Shown: positions 45,977 through 55,403 of the stretch, one piece after another
How positions within the stretch are numbered: the stretch's first letter is position 1
How the letters are laid out: the number at the start of each line of letters is the position of its first letter
Assembly: GCA_043803765.1 (NCBI GenBank)
Contig: JAZDJQ010000004.1
Coordinates: 14,893 to 78,892, forward strand
Reading direction: 5' to 3'
Source of the DNA: Candidatus Iainarchaeum sp.
Lineage (GTDB): Archaea > Iainarchaeota > Iainarchaeia > Iainarchaeales > VGJJ01
DNA: 64,000 nt
Notes under the pieces: generated by a model
What the model was told of the DNA's origin: nothing
The model's database searches: none
The model's input: the letters and a program-made list of their open reading frames with translations, nothing else
Position numbers and translations under genes: made by a program

Positions 45977-47347
45977 ATGCCCTCCAACATTCAATACGCT
46001 TTTTCCCCCAAGTCCGTGGCTATCATTGGAGCGTCCCGCAACCCGGGAAAAATAGGATACGTGGTGTTAGAGAATTTCGTGAAAGGAGTGTTTAGGGGAA
46101 AAGTGTTTCCCGTCAATCCCAATGCCGAAAAAATTTTGAATCTGAAAACATACCCAAGCGTTTCCTCAATCAAAGAAAAAATCGATTTGGCCATTATTGC
46201 CGTCCCCGGAGCATTCGTCCCAAACGTTATCGAGGAATGCGGAAAGAAAAAAGTCAAATCCGCAGTAATAATCTCTGCCGGGTTTTCAGAAATAGGAAAC
46301 AAAGAACTCACAACCAAATTAGAGAAAGCACTCAAAAAGTTTCCCGACATGCCCTGCATCGGGCCCAATTGCTTAGGAATACTTGATACCCGTTCGGGCG
46401 TTGACACGTTGTTTTTACCACGGTATCGATTAATGCGACCGCAGAAGGGAAAAATATCATTCATCTCCCAATCAGGAGCACTCGGAAGCGCCGTATTAGA
46501 TTGGGCAGGCAGTAAAGAATACGGAATCAACAAATTCATCTCATATGGAAACGCCATGAGCGTGAATGAAGCCGATTTATTAGAATATTTAGCAAACGAC
46601 AATGGAACAAAAGTAATCTGCGTTTATTTAGAAGGCGTACGGAATGGAAAACAATTCTTCCAAACAGCCAAAAAATATGCAAAAAAGAAGCCCATTATTA
46701 TCATCAAAGGAGGAATGAGTGAAGCGGGAGGAAAAGCAACCGCATCCCACACAGGAAGTTTAGCAGGAAACACTAAAGTATTTGAAGGAGTCGTCCGGCA
46801 GACTGGATTATTGTATGCAAGCAGTATGAGAGAAGTATTTGATTACGCACGCGTGCTCGAAACAGAACCAAAACCAAAAGGAAACAAAGTGCAAATCATC
46901 ACGAATGGAGGGGGATATGGCGTGCTTACTGCCGATGCCATCTCCGAAGCAGGAATGACACTTGCCAAAATGCAGGAACAATACAAAAAAAACATTGAGA
47001 AGGCATCACCGTCCTATGCAGTCATCAAAAACCCAATGGACTTGACAGGAGATGCGGATAATGCACGATTTTTAGTTGCCATTGAGAATGCAATGAAGGA
47101 CACACAAGTGGATGCACTTATCGTGATATTATTATTCCAAGTCCCAACTCTCGATTCGGATATTATTGAAGAATTAAGCGAACAATTGACCAAAAGAAAG
47201 AAACCTGTATTAGTTGTGAGCGCAGGAGGAGAATTTGCCAAAATGCACATGCGATTATTAGAAAAAGAAGGCATTCACACGTTTGAAGAGCCTATTGATG
47301 CAACAAAAGCATTGCATGCACTCACACAATTCCATACGAAAAAATAA
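45977..47347 (+). CDS. acdA: Acetate--CoA ligase (ADP-forming) alpha subunit
   Basis: SVAIIGAS, GPNCLG, SQSGALG, ASHTGSLAG, TNGGG.G, NPMDL. Confidence 0.9.
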   Translation: MPSNIQYAFSPKSVAIIGASRNPGKIGYVVLENFVKGVFRGKVFPVNPNAEKILNLKTYPSVSSIKEKIDLAIIAVPGAFVPNVIEECGKKKVKSAVIISAGFSEIGNKELTTKLEKALKKFPDMPCIGPNCLGILDTRSGVDTLFLPRYRLMRPQKGKISFISQSGALGSAVLDWAGSKEYGINKFISYGNAMSVNEADLLEYLANDNGTKVICVYLEGVRNGKQFFQTAKKYAKKKPIIIIKGGMSEAGGKATASHTGSLAGNTKVFEGVVRQTGLLYASSMREVFDYARVLETEPKPKGNKVQIITNGGGYGVLTADAISEAGMTLAKMQEQYKKNIEKASPSYAVIKNPMDLTGDADNARFLVAIENAMKDTQVDALIVILLFQVPTLDSDIIEELSEQLTKRKKPVLVVSAGGEFAKMHMRLLEKEGIHTFEEPIDATKALHALTQFHTKK

Positions 47348-48631
47348 TCATACTTTTTTAGAAGCAGACGATTCCTCAGGAGAAGAAAAAATCAGTTCTC
47401 CTTTCTCCAATAATTGAATCGCTTTCTCCATATTCTCCTTGTCCTCAAGAAGAGCAAACAAACGCTTGGCATCCAACCGCTCCGAAAAGGAGGTTTGAGA
47501 AAGATTTTTTTCCAATAACGAAATGCCCATCTGAGCCATGGACACATTGCTACGGTGAAGAGAACGCAACTCATCTAATCGCACGGAAAATTCTCCAGAG
47601 TCAAACGATTTAGCAGTAGAAAAAAGAGCCTGGTGGGAAAAACCATCCAAAATACGAGCAAAATCAACATCCGCTTGCGTGTACCCTTTTTCAAGAGTTC
47701 CCTTCAACTTTAAACGATAAAGCGGAAGCAATTCATTTTCCGAATGACGCAAATCCTTTTCGACTAATGCGCGGGCAGACTTCATCACCTGCTTGGGAGT
47801 CGCATGCTTGAACTTCATGCAATGATAAAAAAGTTTGCGCTGTTTTGGAATAATATGAATCACCAATTCTTTTGTCTGCGTGTCATAAACATACCATCCT
47901 TTCTTTTTTTCGCCTTCCAATCGCTTCATTTGAGTAAAAACGGTAGAGCCGGGAATCAACAATTTTTTATCCTCCCATTCCGTGATGGAAGACCAGTGAA
48001 GATGACCATTTACAAGCAAATCAAAACCCGCTGGAAGATCCGATAAGCCAATAGTAGCCGCCATATCATCCTTGCTCGGAAGGAATTCTTTGATGGATTG
48101 ATGTAAAACAAGCAAATTATGCACGCCGGGAATTGGTATTGGATTGTAAAGTTTCAATGCATCCAACGCCCTCTTTTCTGGAATACCGCTCATTCCGTGA
48201 ATGGCTACTTTTTCACCATCCTTTTCAATTAATACATGGGAAGCATGCAAGCATGCGAGAAAATTCCCCGTTTCTAATACCTGCAATGCATTCTTCAAAT
48301 CCTTAGAACGATATTCATGCGTTCCGGCAATGGCAATGACAGGAATTCCATGATAGTGAAAAGGAATCGTTTTTCCATCACGAGAAAAATGAGTAATTTT
48401 GACGGAAGAATTTTTACCATTTTGAATCAACCCAAATAATTCAAAACACTCATGCCAAACTTCCTGAGAAGGAATTTTATGGTCAAACAAATCACCAGGG
48501 AAAATAATCACATCGGGAGATTGAGAAACAATTCCAACCAATGCCTGTTTAAGATTGAAAAACGCATCCTCTTCCCGGGGAGTGCCGCGAGCAAAACCAA
48601 GATGGGTATCGGAGACAATAGCAAGACGCAT
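47348..48631 (-). CDS. mre11: DNA double-strand break repair nuclease Mre11
   Basis: SDTHLG, GDLFD, GTHE, LHQ, NGHLH, PGS metallophosphoesterase motifs. Confidence 0.85.
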   Translation of the reverse strand: MRLAIVSDTHLGFARGTPREEDAFFNLKQALVGIVSQSPDVIIFPGDLFDHKIPSQEVWHECFELFGLIQNGKNSSVKITHFSRDGKTIPFHYHGIPVIAIAGTHEYRSKDLKNALQVLETGNFLACLHASHVLIEKDGEKVAIHGMSGIPEKRALDALKLYNPIPIPGVHNLLVLHQSIKEFLPSKDDMAATIGLSDLPAGFDLLVNGHLHWSSITEWEDKKLLIPGSTVFTQMKRLEGEKKKGWYVYDTQTKELVIHIIPKQRKLFYHCMKFKHATPKQVMKSARALVEKDLRHSENELLPLYRLKLKGTLEKGYTQADVDFARILDGFSHQALFSTAKSFDSGEFSVRLDELRSLHRSNVSMAQMGISLLEKNLSQTSFSERLDAKRLFALLEDKENMEKAIQLLEKGELIFSSPEESSASKKV

Positions 48632-48716
48632 GGAAAGAATAAAGGGAAACAAGGGATTTAAGGGTTAAGGAAGCAAGTGCCAAACCAATATATACAAGGT
48701 TTGGTGAAAGAGTAGC

Positions 48717-49145
48717 GTGAAGTACTATACTGTAGGGTTTGTCTTTGACCCTGGATTAGAGAATGTGTTATTGATTCATAAGAATCGGCCCGACTGGCAG
48801 AAAGGAAAATTGAATGGACCGGGAGGAAAAGTGTATGACAATGAAAGCCCATTCGTAGGAATTGCACGTGAAATTAGAGAAGAAACAGGATTAGATATCC
48901 CGCCAGAAAAATGGATGCCTGTTGCGGAAATCGTTGAGCGCACTTATCGATGCCAATTCTTTGGATGCGTAGATGAAAAAGCAAAAGAATATGCACATAC
49001 AACAACGGATGAAATAGTAGAGTGGTGCCAAATTGATAAACTGCCGACAAATATTTTACCAAGCCTCACGTGGCTGATACCATTATGCAAAGACAAAATA
49101 AAAAATGATGATATCGAATTTGTTTCCGTACGATACAAAGACTAA
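48717..49145 (+). CDS. NUDIX hydrolase
   Basis: GGKVYDNESPFVGIAREIREETGL. Confidence 0.88.
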   Translation: MKYYTVGFVFDPGLENVLLIHKNRPDWQKGKLNGPGGKVYDNESPFVGIAREIREETGLDIPPEKWMPVAEIVERTYRCQFFGCVDEKAKEYAHTTTDEIVEWCQIDKLPTNILPSLTWLIPLCKDKIKNDDIEFVSVRYKD

Positions 49146-49825
49146 AACCCTTTACCATGAGCCTGTTTCAAATAATGATGCTCAATCAACCAATCAGGAA
49201 GATATTTTACTGAAGGAATAAGATGATTTGAATCCAAACCAACCTTCTGGAATTTTCGGGAGGAATGAAAACCACTCAACACACCGCAAAAATCAATCCC
49301 TGCACCACGCGCAGCAAAATAATCCACAATCAAATCCCCCACAAATAACATTTCATGCTTACGAATATTGTGTTTCCTGAAATGAAACAACACCTCATCA
49401 AACACTCTTGAGTCCGGCTTCTGATATTGAGTAGATTGCTCCCCAAAAATAAAAGAAAAAATTTTAGGATTCAACGCAGTATGAGAAATACGCTCATGCA
49501 ACTGCTCAATAGGCTTGTTGGAAAGAATACCCAACTCAATATGATGCTCATGCAAAAAATTAATCGTGTCTAATGCGCCTGGAATTACAGGATAACGAGA
49601 ATTTGCACGCGTTTTCTGATATACCCGAATGAACTCATTAACATCGTGATAGGGAAAAAGAGCCATAATCATAGCATGCCAGGGCTTTCCCCAGAATTTG
49701 AGAAAGGTAGGAAAAGATGGAGCAGGCCAACCCAATTTTACCGCGGCACGGCAATGAGCAACAAAGGAAATCCTCCCACTCCTAACGAGGGTATCATCAA
49801 AATCAAAGATAACGGCTTTGAGCAC
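49142..49825 (-). CDS. HAD-superfamily hydrolase
   Basis: AVIFDFDDTL, LSNK, KPD, VGD; likely GTG start 49825. Confidence 0.9.
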   Translation of the reverse strand: MLKAVIFDFDDTLVRSGRISFVAHCRAAVKLGWPAPSFPTFLKFWGKPWHAMIMALFPYHDVNEFIRVYQKTRANSRYPVIPGALDTINFLHEHHIELGILSNKPIEQLHERISHTALNPKIFSFIFGEQSTQYQKPDSRVFDEVLFHFRKHNIRKHEMLFVGDLIVDYFAARGAGIDFCGVLSGFHSSRKFQKVGLDSNHLIPSVKYLPDWLIEHHYLKQAHGKGF

Positions 49826-49888
49826 GCACAACAGAGAAAAATAGGGATTATAACCCTTGCCCAACACGTTAAATGAACAGCACCACTC

Positions 49889-49959
49889 GCGGGAGTGGCA
49901 GAACGGTCATGCGCCGGCCTGCAGAGCCGGAAAACCGAGTTCGACTCTCGGCTCCCGCT
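49889..49959 (+). tRNA. tRNA-Cys(GCA)
   Basis: Acceptor GCGGGAG/CTCCCGC with U73, anticodon arm CCGGC-CTGCAGA-GCCGG, T loop TTCGACT. Confidence 0.93.
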
Positions 49960-49971
49960 TAGGGTTCCAAG

Positions 49972-50949
49972 TTAAAACGCGGTGAAAACGGCACTTGGTA
50001 AACGGTGTGAAGTCACCTCCTCCAGAACGGTAAATACATCCTTAACATCAATCTCATTAGGAAAACGCCCGCGGAGTTCATTTAGAAAATTGCGCAATAC
50101 AGCTGAGTCGTCCACCATTATTCCAATATCAAGCGAGTGCAAATTTTTACTTTCATATTTGTAAAAGAAAATAACGTCTTTATGGGAATACAAAAAATTA
50201 TTGATTTCTTTGTCAATAATTTTGTTGTTGATCTTTTGTTTTACTTGTATGCCAAACCAATTCTTCTTCCAAAAACGATAGTCTACTGCAATTGTGAAGC
50301 GTTCAATTACTTGTTGTTTTCTGAGGTAACGTAATCTCTTCATTACAGCAGTGGGGGATAGATTAGTGCACTTTGAGAGTTCAACCAGCCTAATTCTTGC
50401 GTTACTGTTGAGAAGCTGCAGGAGTTTACAATTAATTGAATCCAGGACAACTGGATTTGAACCTTTTTCATTGCTTTTTTTTGGAAAAATACCTAATAGT
50501 TTTTCAAACCAAAAGTTTTGTTCGATTAAGTGAAAAACAGAATAATCCGTTACAAGATTTTTTGTGGAGTCAAATAGTTTCGAAATAATATTATCTCTTT
50601 CTTTTTCATCTCGTGCATAAACGTCAAACGTTAAGCTCCATTTCCCAGCGAGCAGACCAAACCAACTAATGCTTGGGTGGTGACGAAGTTTTTCAATTAA
50701 ATTATGTTCTTCGATCTTTGTCCACTTATTATATGTTGCAAACACGGCGTATTGCTTTTTCCCAAACGAAACAGGATTGACTGTAAGCAAATAATTACAA
50801 ATAACTTTCTTTTCTTCGAGAACTTTAATTCGATAATGCAATCGCTCACGTGAAATGTGAAGTTTTCTACTCAATACGGTAAGAGGTTGACGTGAGTCCT
50901 CAAAAAGCGCCCCTAAAATCTTTTGATCCAATGAGTCTAATTTCTCCAT
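49972..50949 (-). CDS. Lrp/AsnC family regulator with two tandem HTH-effector units
   Basis: LDSLDQKILGALFEDSR and LDSINCKLLQLLNSNARIRLVEL. Confidence 0.85.
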   Translation of the reverse strand: MEKLDSLDQKILGALFEDSRQPLTVLSRKLHISRERLHYRIKVLEEKKVICNYLLTVNPVSFGKKQYAVFATYNKWTKIEEHNLIEKLRHHPSISWFGLLAGKWSLTFDVYARDEKERDNIISKLFDSTKNLVTDYSVFHLIEQNFWFEKLLGIFPKKSNEKGSNPVVLDSINCKLLQLLNSNARIRLVELSKCTNLSPTAVMKRLRYLRKQQVIERFTIAVDYRFWKKNWFGIQVKQKINNKIIDKEINNFLYSHKDVIFFYKYESKNLHSLDIGIMVDDSAVLRNFLNELRGRFPNEIDVKDVFTVLEEVTSHRLPSAVFTAF

Positions 50950-51044
50950 ACTTTCTTCACGCTGCAGGAGTTTAAAAACGTAAAAAATAACCCCAATTCT
51001 TATTATATATCTAAATCACCGCCATTTAGATTAGTGGTGATTAA

Positions 51045-51215
51045 ATGCCCCCATCGGGTTTCAGTCAAAAAGCAATTAATGGATTGTTAACCTTTGTAGA
51101 GTCCTGCTATGAGGATTTACTGTCTGAAATAAAAAGTGGAAAAAAGACTGAAGGACAAGTGATTCAGGCTGAGCTTGAAAATATTAGAGAGTATTTGAAA
51201 CACTTCAAGCTTTGA
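51045..51215 (+). CDS. 56-aa small protein (not in ORF track)
   Basis: Own translation MPPSGFSQKAINGLLTFVESCYEDLLSEIKSGKKTEGQVIQAELENIREYLKHFKL; GGTGA RBS. Confidence 0.6.
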   Translation: MPPSGFSQKAINGLLTFVESCYEDLLSEIKSGKKTEGQVIQAELENIREYLKHFKL

Positions 51216-51341
51216 TTGATTGGCTTACTTTTATTTTTTTCAATATGCCATTGTAATCCAAAAGGCCACGCTTCGACACGAAGTTGTAAGAACGGCTCCC
51301 GCTTTTTCATTCCTTTATTCCAAGGGATTTCAAACGCTTGC

Positions 51342-51462
51342 TAAACTACGGCGGCTGAAGCCCGCCGGGTTCACTTCCCGCGAACGACTTGCCGAGAACC
51401 AATCAACAAACACCGATTCATCCACCCGCTAAAAGCAGGCAGGGTTCTCGGCAAGGGGTTCT
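51342..51462 (-). mobile_element. IS200/IS605-like end hairpins, non-autonomous remnant
   Basis: Minus strand GAACCCTGCCTGCTTTTAGCGGGTGGATGAA and GAACCCGGCGGGCTTCAGCCGCCGTAGTTTA; 13-bp inverted repeat 51388-51400 / 51443-51455. Confidence 0.45.
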
Positions 51463-51633
51463 GAAACATGTGGAAACTTTTTTCGCGTGGCGGGATTTTT
51501 CAACCATTTTATCAAAAACGGCTTCTCTCCGTTCATCCGATTCACTCCGGTCGCGCCTGATTGACTGAACGATTTCTTCCATGAAAACGGGATGATGTTT
51601 TTCTGGATATTTATCAAATGGGAATTTTTTCAT
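51418..51633 (-). CDS. Possible small protein coupled to vapC, 3' end runs into the hairpin element
   Basis: ATGA overlap with the PIN gene stop; charged helical N-terminal half. Confidence 0.3.
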   Translation of the reverse strand: MKKFPFDKYPEKHHPVFMEEIVQSIRRDRSESDERREAVFDKMVEKSRHAKKVSTCFRTPCREPCLLLAGG

Positions 51634-52016
51634 ACTTTCACCACATACGCTTTTGCAAGACCAATAAAATCATTATCTGCTGTAATAAATAATGCATCTG
51701 AAACAAGAGCTGATTGATAGAGAATGCTGTCCACGGCATGAAGATCGTTTTTCATCCTCCATTGGACGGCATCCACCACAATATCCTCGTTCACCTGTAC
51801 AACCGTGCTATTTTCTCGCATGAAACGCAAAACATCTTTTACAAACGCAGGATTTTTTCCGCAGTTAAGAAGAACCTTTGCTACTTCGTGAAAGGATAAA
51901 ATGGAAGTAAAAATTTTTCCTTGAGGCGAATCGACCATCTGACCTAGTTTAACATTTTTCTCCAGAAAGTAATCCAACCAAATATTGGAGTCAAAAAATA
52001 ATTTATTCTCGGTCAC
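51630..52016 (-). CDS. vapC: PIN-domain VapC toxin
   Basis: FFDSNIW, SFHEV, LHAVDSI, ITADNDF. Confidence 0.9.
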   Translation of the reverse strand: MTENKLFFDSNIWLDYFLEKNVKLGQMVDSPQGKIFTSILSFHEVAKVLLNCGKNPAFVKDVLRFMRENSTVVQVNEDIVVDAVQWRMKNDLHAVDSILYQSALVSDALFITADNDFIGLAKAYVVKV

Positions 52017-52218
52017 GATCTGCCCTCAGCTCTTTCAAAATATCATCCATTGAAATTGGATTATTGACATCGGCTAGATACCCATGCATCGACTTGCCCT
52101 TCTTCTGAATCAGCTTGTTAATCACTTGATCATAGGTTTTCACACCATACGCCTCCTTGAGCGAGTCTAAGAATTTCTTTGTGTCCGTTTGAATCTGAAT
52201 GGTGGTAGTATTACCCAT
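52003..52218 (-). CDS. vapB: VapB-type antitoxin
   Basis: TTIQIQTDTKKFLDSLK..TYDQVINKL RHH-like; overlaps vapC start. Confidence 0.75.
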   Translation of the reverse strand: MGNTTTIQIQTDTKKFLDSLKEAYGVKTYDQVINKLIQKKGKSMHGYLADVNNPISMDDILKELRADRDRE

Positions 52219-52287
52219 TTTTTCACCCAACACTATAGCACTATAGTATTTAATAAATTCGATAGTGAATCGCCATGAAAAGAGGCA

Positions 52288-53205
52288 TTATTTCTCTATT
52301 ACTGAAATCGTATCACGCGTCCCCGGGTTTAGTCCGGGAATGGATAATTGGGAGAAATGGAAACGAGAATCCTTTTTGAGAAGGGTAAAAAATGGAGGAG
52401 TCGACGCAAGGGGAATCGCATTGCTTATCTTATTAGGATAAGCGAGCATGCTATAGGAGTAATAAATTATTTTTCCAAATGGAGAAAGGCACTTTATTAG
52501 TGAAAGAAGAACTTTATTCGAAAATGAGTGATACCAATCCTTTTTTTTCAACGTTGGACTGATGTAATTGGGAACATTCGATAGATTAATCAAATCCCAT
52601 TTTTTCCTTTTAATGAATGGATTGCGTGCAATAGAATGCACATCTCCTTGAATAAACGCAAAATGCGCGGCAAGAAGTTTTTTTCTCATTATACGATAAT
52701 TTGTATCATTCTTCAAATAGAGATTAATCCTCCAGATAGGAGAATTACCCAAAACGGCACGCCGACGAAAATAAACAGATTCGGCTAATGCTTTCCCATT
52801 ATACTCATTTTCAGCATAACAACGATCAAAAAATGACTGGCATTTTCTTTTCAATTTAGGTCGAATCTGACGGTAAATGGAATAATCTAATTGAATACTC
52901 TTTTGGCTTTTCCCAAAAAAAGAAAGGAACGACTCCCTAGAAAGAGTCCTAATGGCCGCAATCTTTAAGCGAAGAATATTCTCAGAATAATAATTAAGGT
53001 CAAAACCAATCACCTCGCGCGCACCCAAAAAAATAGCATTAAGCACCTGATCACCTGAACCCGAAATGGTTAATACTTTCTTGCCGGACAAATGCATTAT
53101 TGCAAAATAGGAACCGACCATTTCGGTTGCATAAACATACATTGGGGAAAATTTCCCCATTTTGGCTTCCTTGTTATTTTCTATAAATAAACTATTTTTT
53201 GGCAT
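52288..53205 (-). CDS. DUF3419/BtaA-like SAM-dependent transferase
   Basis: YVYATE, VLTISGSGDQVLN, GFDLN..LKIAAI, INLSNV. Confidence 0.65.
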   Translation of the reverse strand: MPKNSLFIENNKEAKMGKFSPMYVYATEMVGSYFAIMHLSGKKVLTISGSGDQVLNAIFLGAREVIGFDLNYYSENILRLKIAAIRTLSRESFLSFFGKSQKSIQLDYSIYRQIRPKLKRKCQSFFDRCYAENEYNGKALAESVYFRRRAVLGNSPIWRINLYLKNDTNYRIMRKKLLAAHFAFIQGDVHSIARNPFIKRKKWDLINLSNVPNYISPTLKKKDWYHSFSNKVLLSLIKCLSPFGKIIYYSYSMLAYPNKISNAIPLASTPPFFTLLKKDSRFHFSQLSIPGLNPGTRDTISVIEK

Positions 53206-53272
53206 TACAAAAAAAAGAGTCGAGATGATTTAAAAATATACAATACTCAAAAAATAGTAAAAAAGACTCGTT

Positions 53273-54490
53273 TTATACGCTTCCACTCATCAATAGTTTG
53301 AGCACGCTCCATGGATGAGAAAGCTGTTTACGCGATTGGGAAGAAAACCAAATAGAAGCAGAGGAAGATTGTTGAATGGAATTATTTTTTCCAGCCATTG
53401 AAAGCATTCGCTTCATAACAAAAGGATGCTGCCACCATCCGCAAATACGCCGCGAGTCACACTGAAATGAGCCGATCATGCGAAGGGATTCTTTTTCATA
53501 TTCGGATAGTATTTCGTGAGAAAATCCATTTTCGCCTGCACGAACAATTACATCACATGCAAGAGAGGCAGAAAGAATATCATTCTGAAATGTTTCGCCA
53601 AGAAAAAAACCACCAAAACCAGCCGCTTGACCGATTAACAAAACGTTTTCTTTCACACGATGAGCAGGAGAAATATGCACGCGGACAGTCGATTCAATAA
53701 TAGGAGCGTGATTCGCATAAGAGGAAGAAAAAGAATGAAAAATAGATGAAAAATACGATAACAAGTCAACAGAAGAAGAATGGGCATACGCATAGGGAAC
53801 TGCCAGTCCAATGCTCCATTTTTCTTGAGGAAGAGGAGACTGCCATGCATAAGCAGGAGAATGAGAAAACAATGGATAGATTCTCACCCACGCATCATCC
53901 GGAACTCTTCCAGGAATAGTTGTTTGAGCAAACAACCAGGAAGCGTTAGCATCAAATGTAGGAATACCCATCCACGACGAAATAGAAGAAAAAGAACCAT
54001 CGGCTCCTACAATTACATCGGCGGTAACCTCTTTCACTTCTTTGGTAGAAAGGTTTGCCAGACGCAAACCGATTACTTTTCCATCTCCCCCCCGAACTAA
54101 TCCAACCACTTGGGTGTTTTCCCTAAATTCCACGACCTTCGATGCATGCTCAAAAAGAAGGGAATCCAATTCTTCCCTAAGAATACCTATTCCATCCAAC
54201 GAAATAGAAGAAGAAAAGGAAGATAGAGAATTCCCATTTGAAGAAGGATGTTCCCCTATTCGCAAGCCGAATAAAGGAATAACCTTTTGAGAGGAAGCAA
54301 GACGAGAAGAAATATGCTCATTCTTCAATAAACCACGTTGCGCGTCCAATAGAATGTCATGCCCCCCACGAGGGTGAGGGAATGTGCCCTTCTCTACTAG
54401 TAGGGTGCGAAGGTGCTTTTCCCCAAGAAGACGGGCACACATGCTCCCGGAAGAACCACCCCCCACGATTATTACGTCATAATCACGCAT
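53273..54490 (-). CDS. Divergent geranylgeranyl reductase-like FAD protein
   Basis: DVIIVGGGSSG, REELDSLL, VGADG, AYAWQSP; GDAAG motif reads GQAAG. Confidence 0.75.
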   Translation of the reverse strand: MRDYDVIIVGGGSSGSMCARLLGEKHLRTLLVEKGTFPHPRGGHDILLDAQRGLLKNEHISSRLASSQKVIPLFGLRIGEHPSSNGNSLSSFSSSISLDGIGILREELDSLLFEHASKVVEFRENTQVVGLVRGGDGKVIGLRLANLSTKEVKEVTADVIVGADGSFSSISSWMGIPTFDANASWLFAQTTIPGRVPDDAWVRIYPLFSHSPAYAWQSPLPQEKWSIGLAVPYAYAHSSSVDLLSYFSSIFHSFSSSYANHAPIIESTVRVHISPAHRVKENVLLIGQAAGFGGFFLGETFQNDILSASLACDVIVRAGENGFSHEILSEYEKESLRMIGSFQCDSRRICGWWQHPFVMKRMLSMAGKNNSIQQSSSASIWFSSQSRKQLSHPWSVLKLLMSGSV

Positions 54491-54602
54491 AACGTGGAAA
54501 AAAGGCCTTTTAGGGCTATAAATTCGGGGGATGGGGAGCAAGCGCTTTAAAAGGATTCGTCAGGGGAATTTTGATTAGGAAAAGCGTGGAATGGGATAAA
54601 AA

Positions 54603-55358
54603 ATGGGATTACGACCCGCACATTGTTACCGTGGCACCGACAAGCCAGCCTATACCCGAATTGCGGTTACAAAACACGACCGGAATTATATCGGAACGAA
54701 CCCCAGTCTTAGGACAAGGCAATTTAACATGGGAAACCCGTTGAAAAAATACGATACGATTGTAGACTTGATATGCGAACAACCCGGAGTACAATTACGA
54801 GATAATGCCATTGAGGCAACACGGCTCATGGCAAACCGTAGATTAGCGGAAGTAGTAGGAAAAGAAAACTTTTTCATGCGACTACGCGTATACCCGTTCC
54901 ATATTATGAGGGAAAACAAACTCGCCCAAGGAGCAGGAGCAGACCGTGTATCCAGCGGAATGAAACACGCATTTGGAAAACCAATTGGAAAAGCAGTACG
55001 ATTGAGACAATCGCAAAAAATATTCTCCGTTTTATGCGACGCACCCCAAGCAGAAAATGTGAAAAAATCGCTTTTACGAACGGCACCAAAACTAGGAATA
55101 CTCGTTAGCGCCAAAATTCATTACGATGTAGCAAGCATTGGAACATTGCCCAAAAAGATAAGGGAAGAAAAAGTAGAAGTCAAAGAAGAAAAAGTAGAAG
55201 TCGAAGGAGCCGAAACAGCACCCGCTGGAGACAAGACCGCAGTGCCTGCCGGAAAAGATACCAAAACAGCACTCCCAAAAGAAACCAAAGGGGCGGCAAC
55301 CAAAGAAACAAAGGGAGCTGCTGCCAAAGCACCCGCAAAAGACGCAAAAAAGAAATAG
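54603..55358 (+). CDS. rpl10e: 50S ribosomal protein uL16 (L10e) with low-complexity tail
   Basis: LRPAHCYR, AIEATR, RVYPFHIMRENK..GAGADRVSSGMKHAFGKP. Confidence 0.97.
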   Translation: MGLRPAHCYRGTDKPAYTRIAVTKHDRNYIGTNPSLRTRQFNMGNPLKKYDTIVDLICEQPGVQLRDNAIEATRLMANRRLAEVVGKENFFMRLRVYPFHIMRENKLAQGAGADRVSSGMKHAFGKPIGKAVRLRQSQKIFSVLCDAPQAENVKKSLLRTAPKLGILVSAKIHYDVASIGTLPKKIREEKVEVKEEKVEVEGAETAPAGDKTAVPAGKDTKTALPKETKGAATKETKGAAAKAPAKDAKKK

Positions 55359-55403
55359 TTTTTTCGCGCTCTGAATTGGTTTATGCAGTAGGGGAAAAAG
55401 AAA

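Noticed and set aside
49889-53270. tRNA-Cys-anchored integrated element with att repeats
   Set aside because: No repeat of the tRNA 3' end and no integrase found
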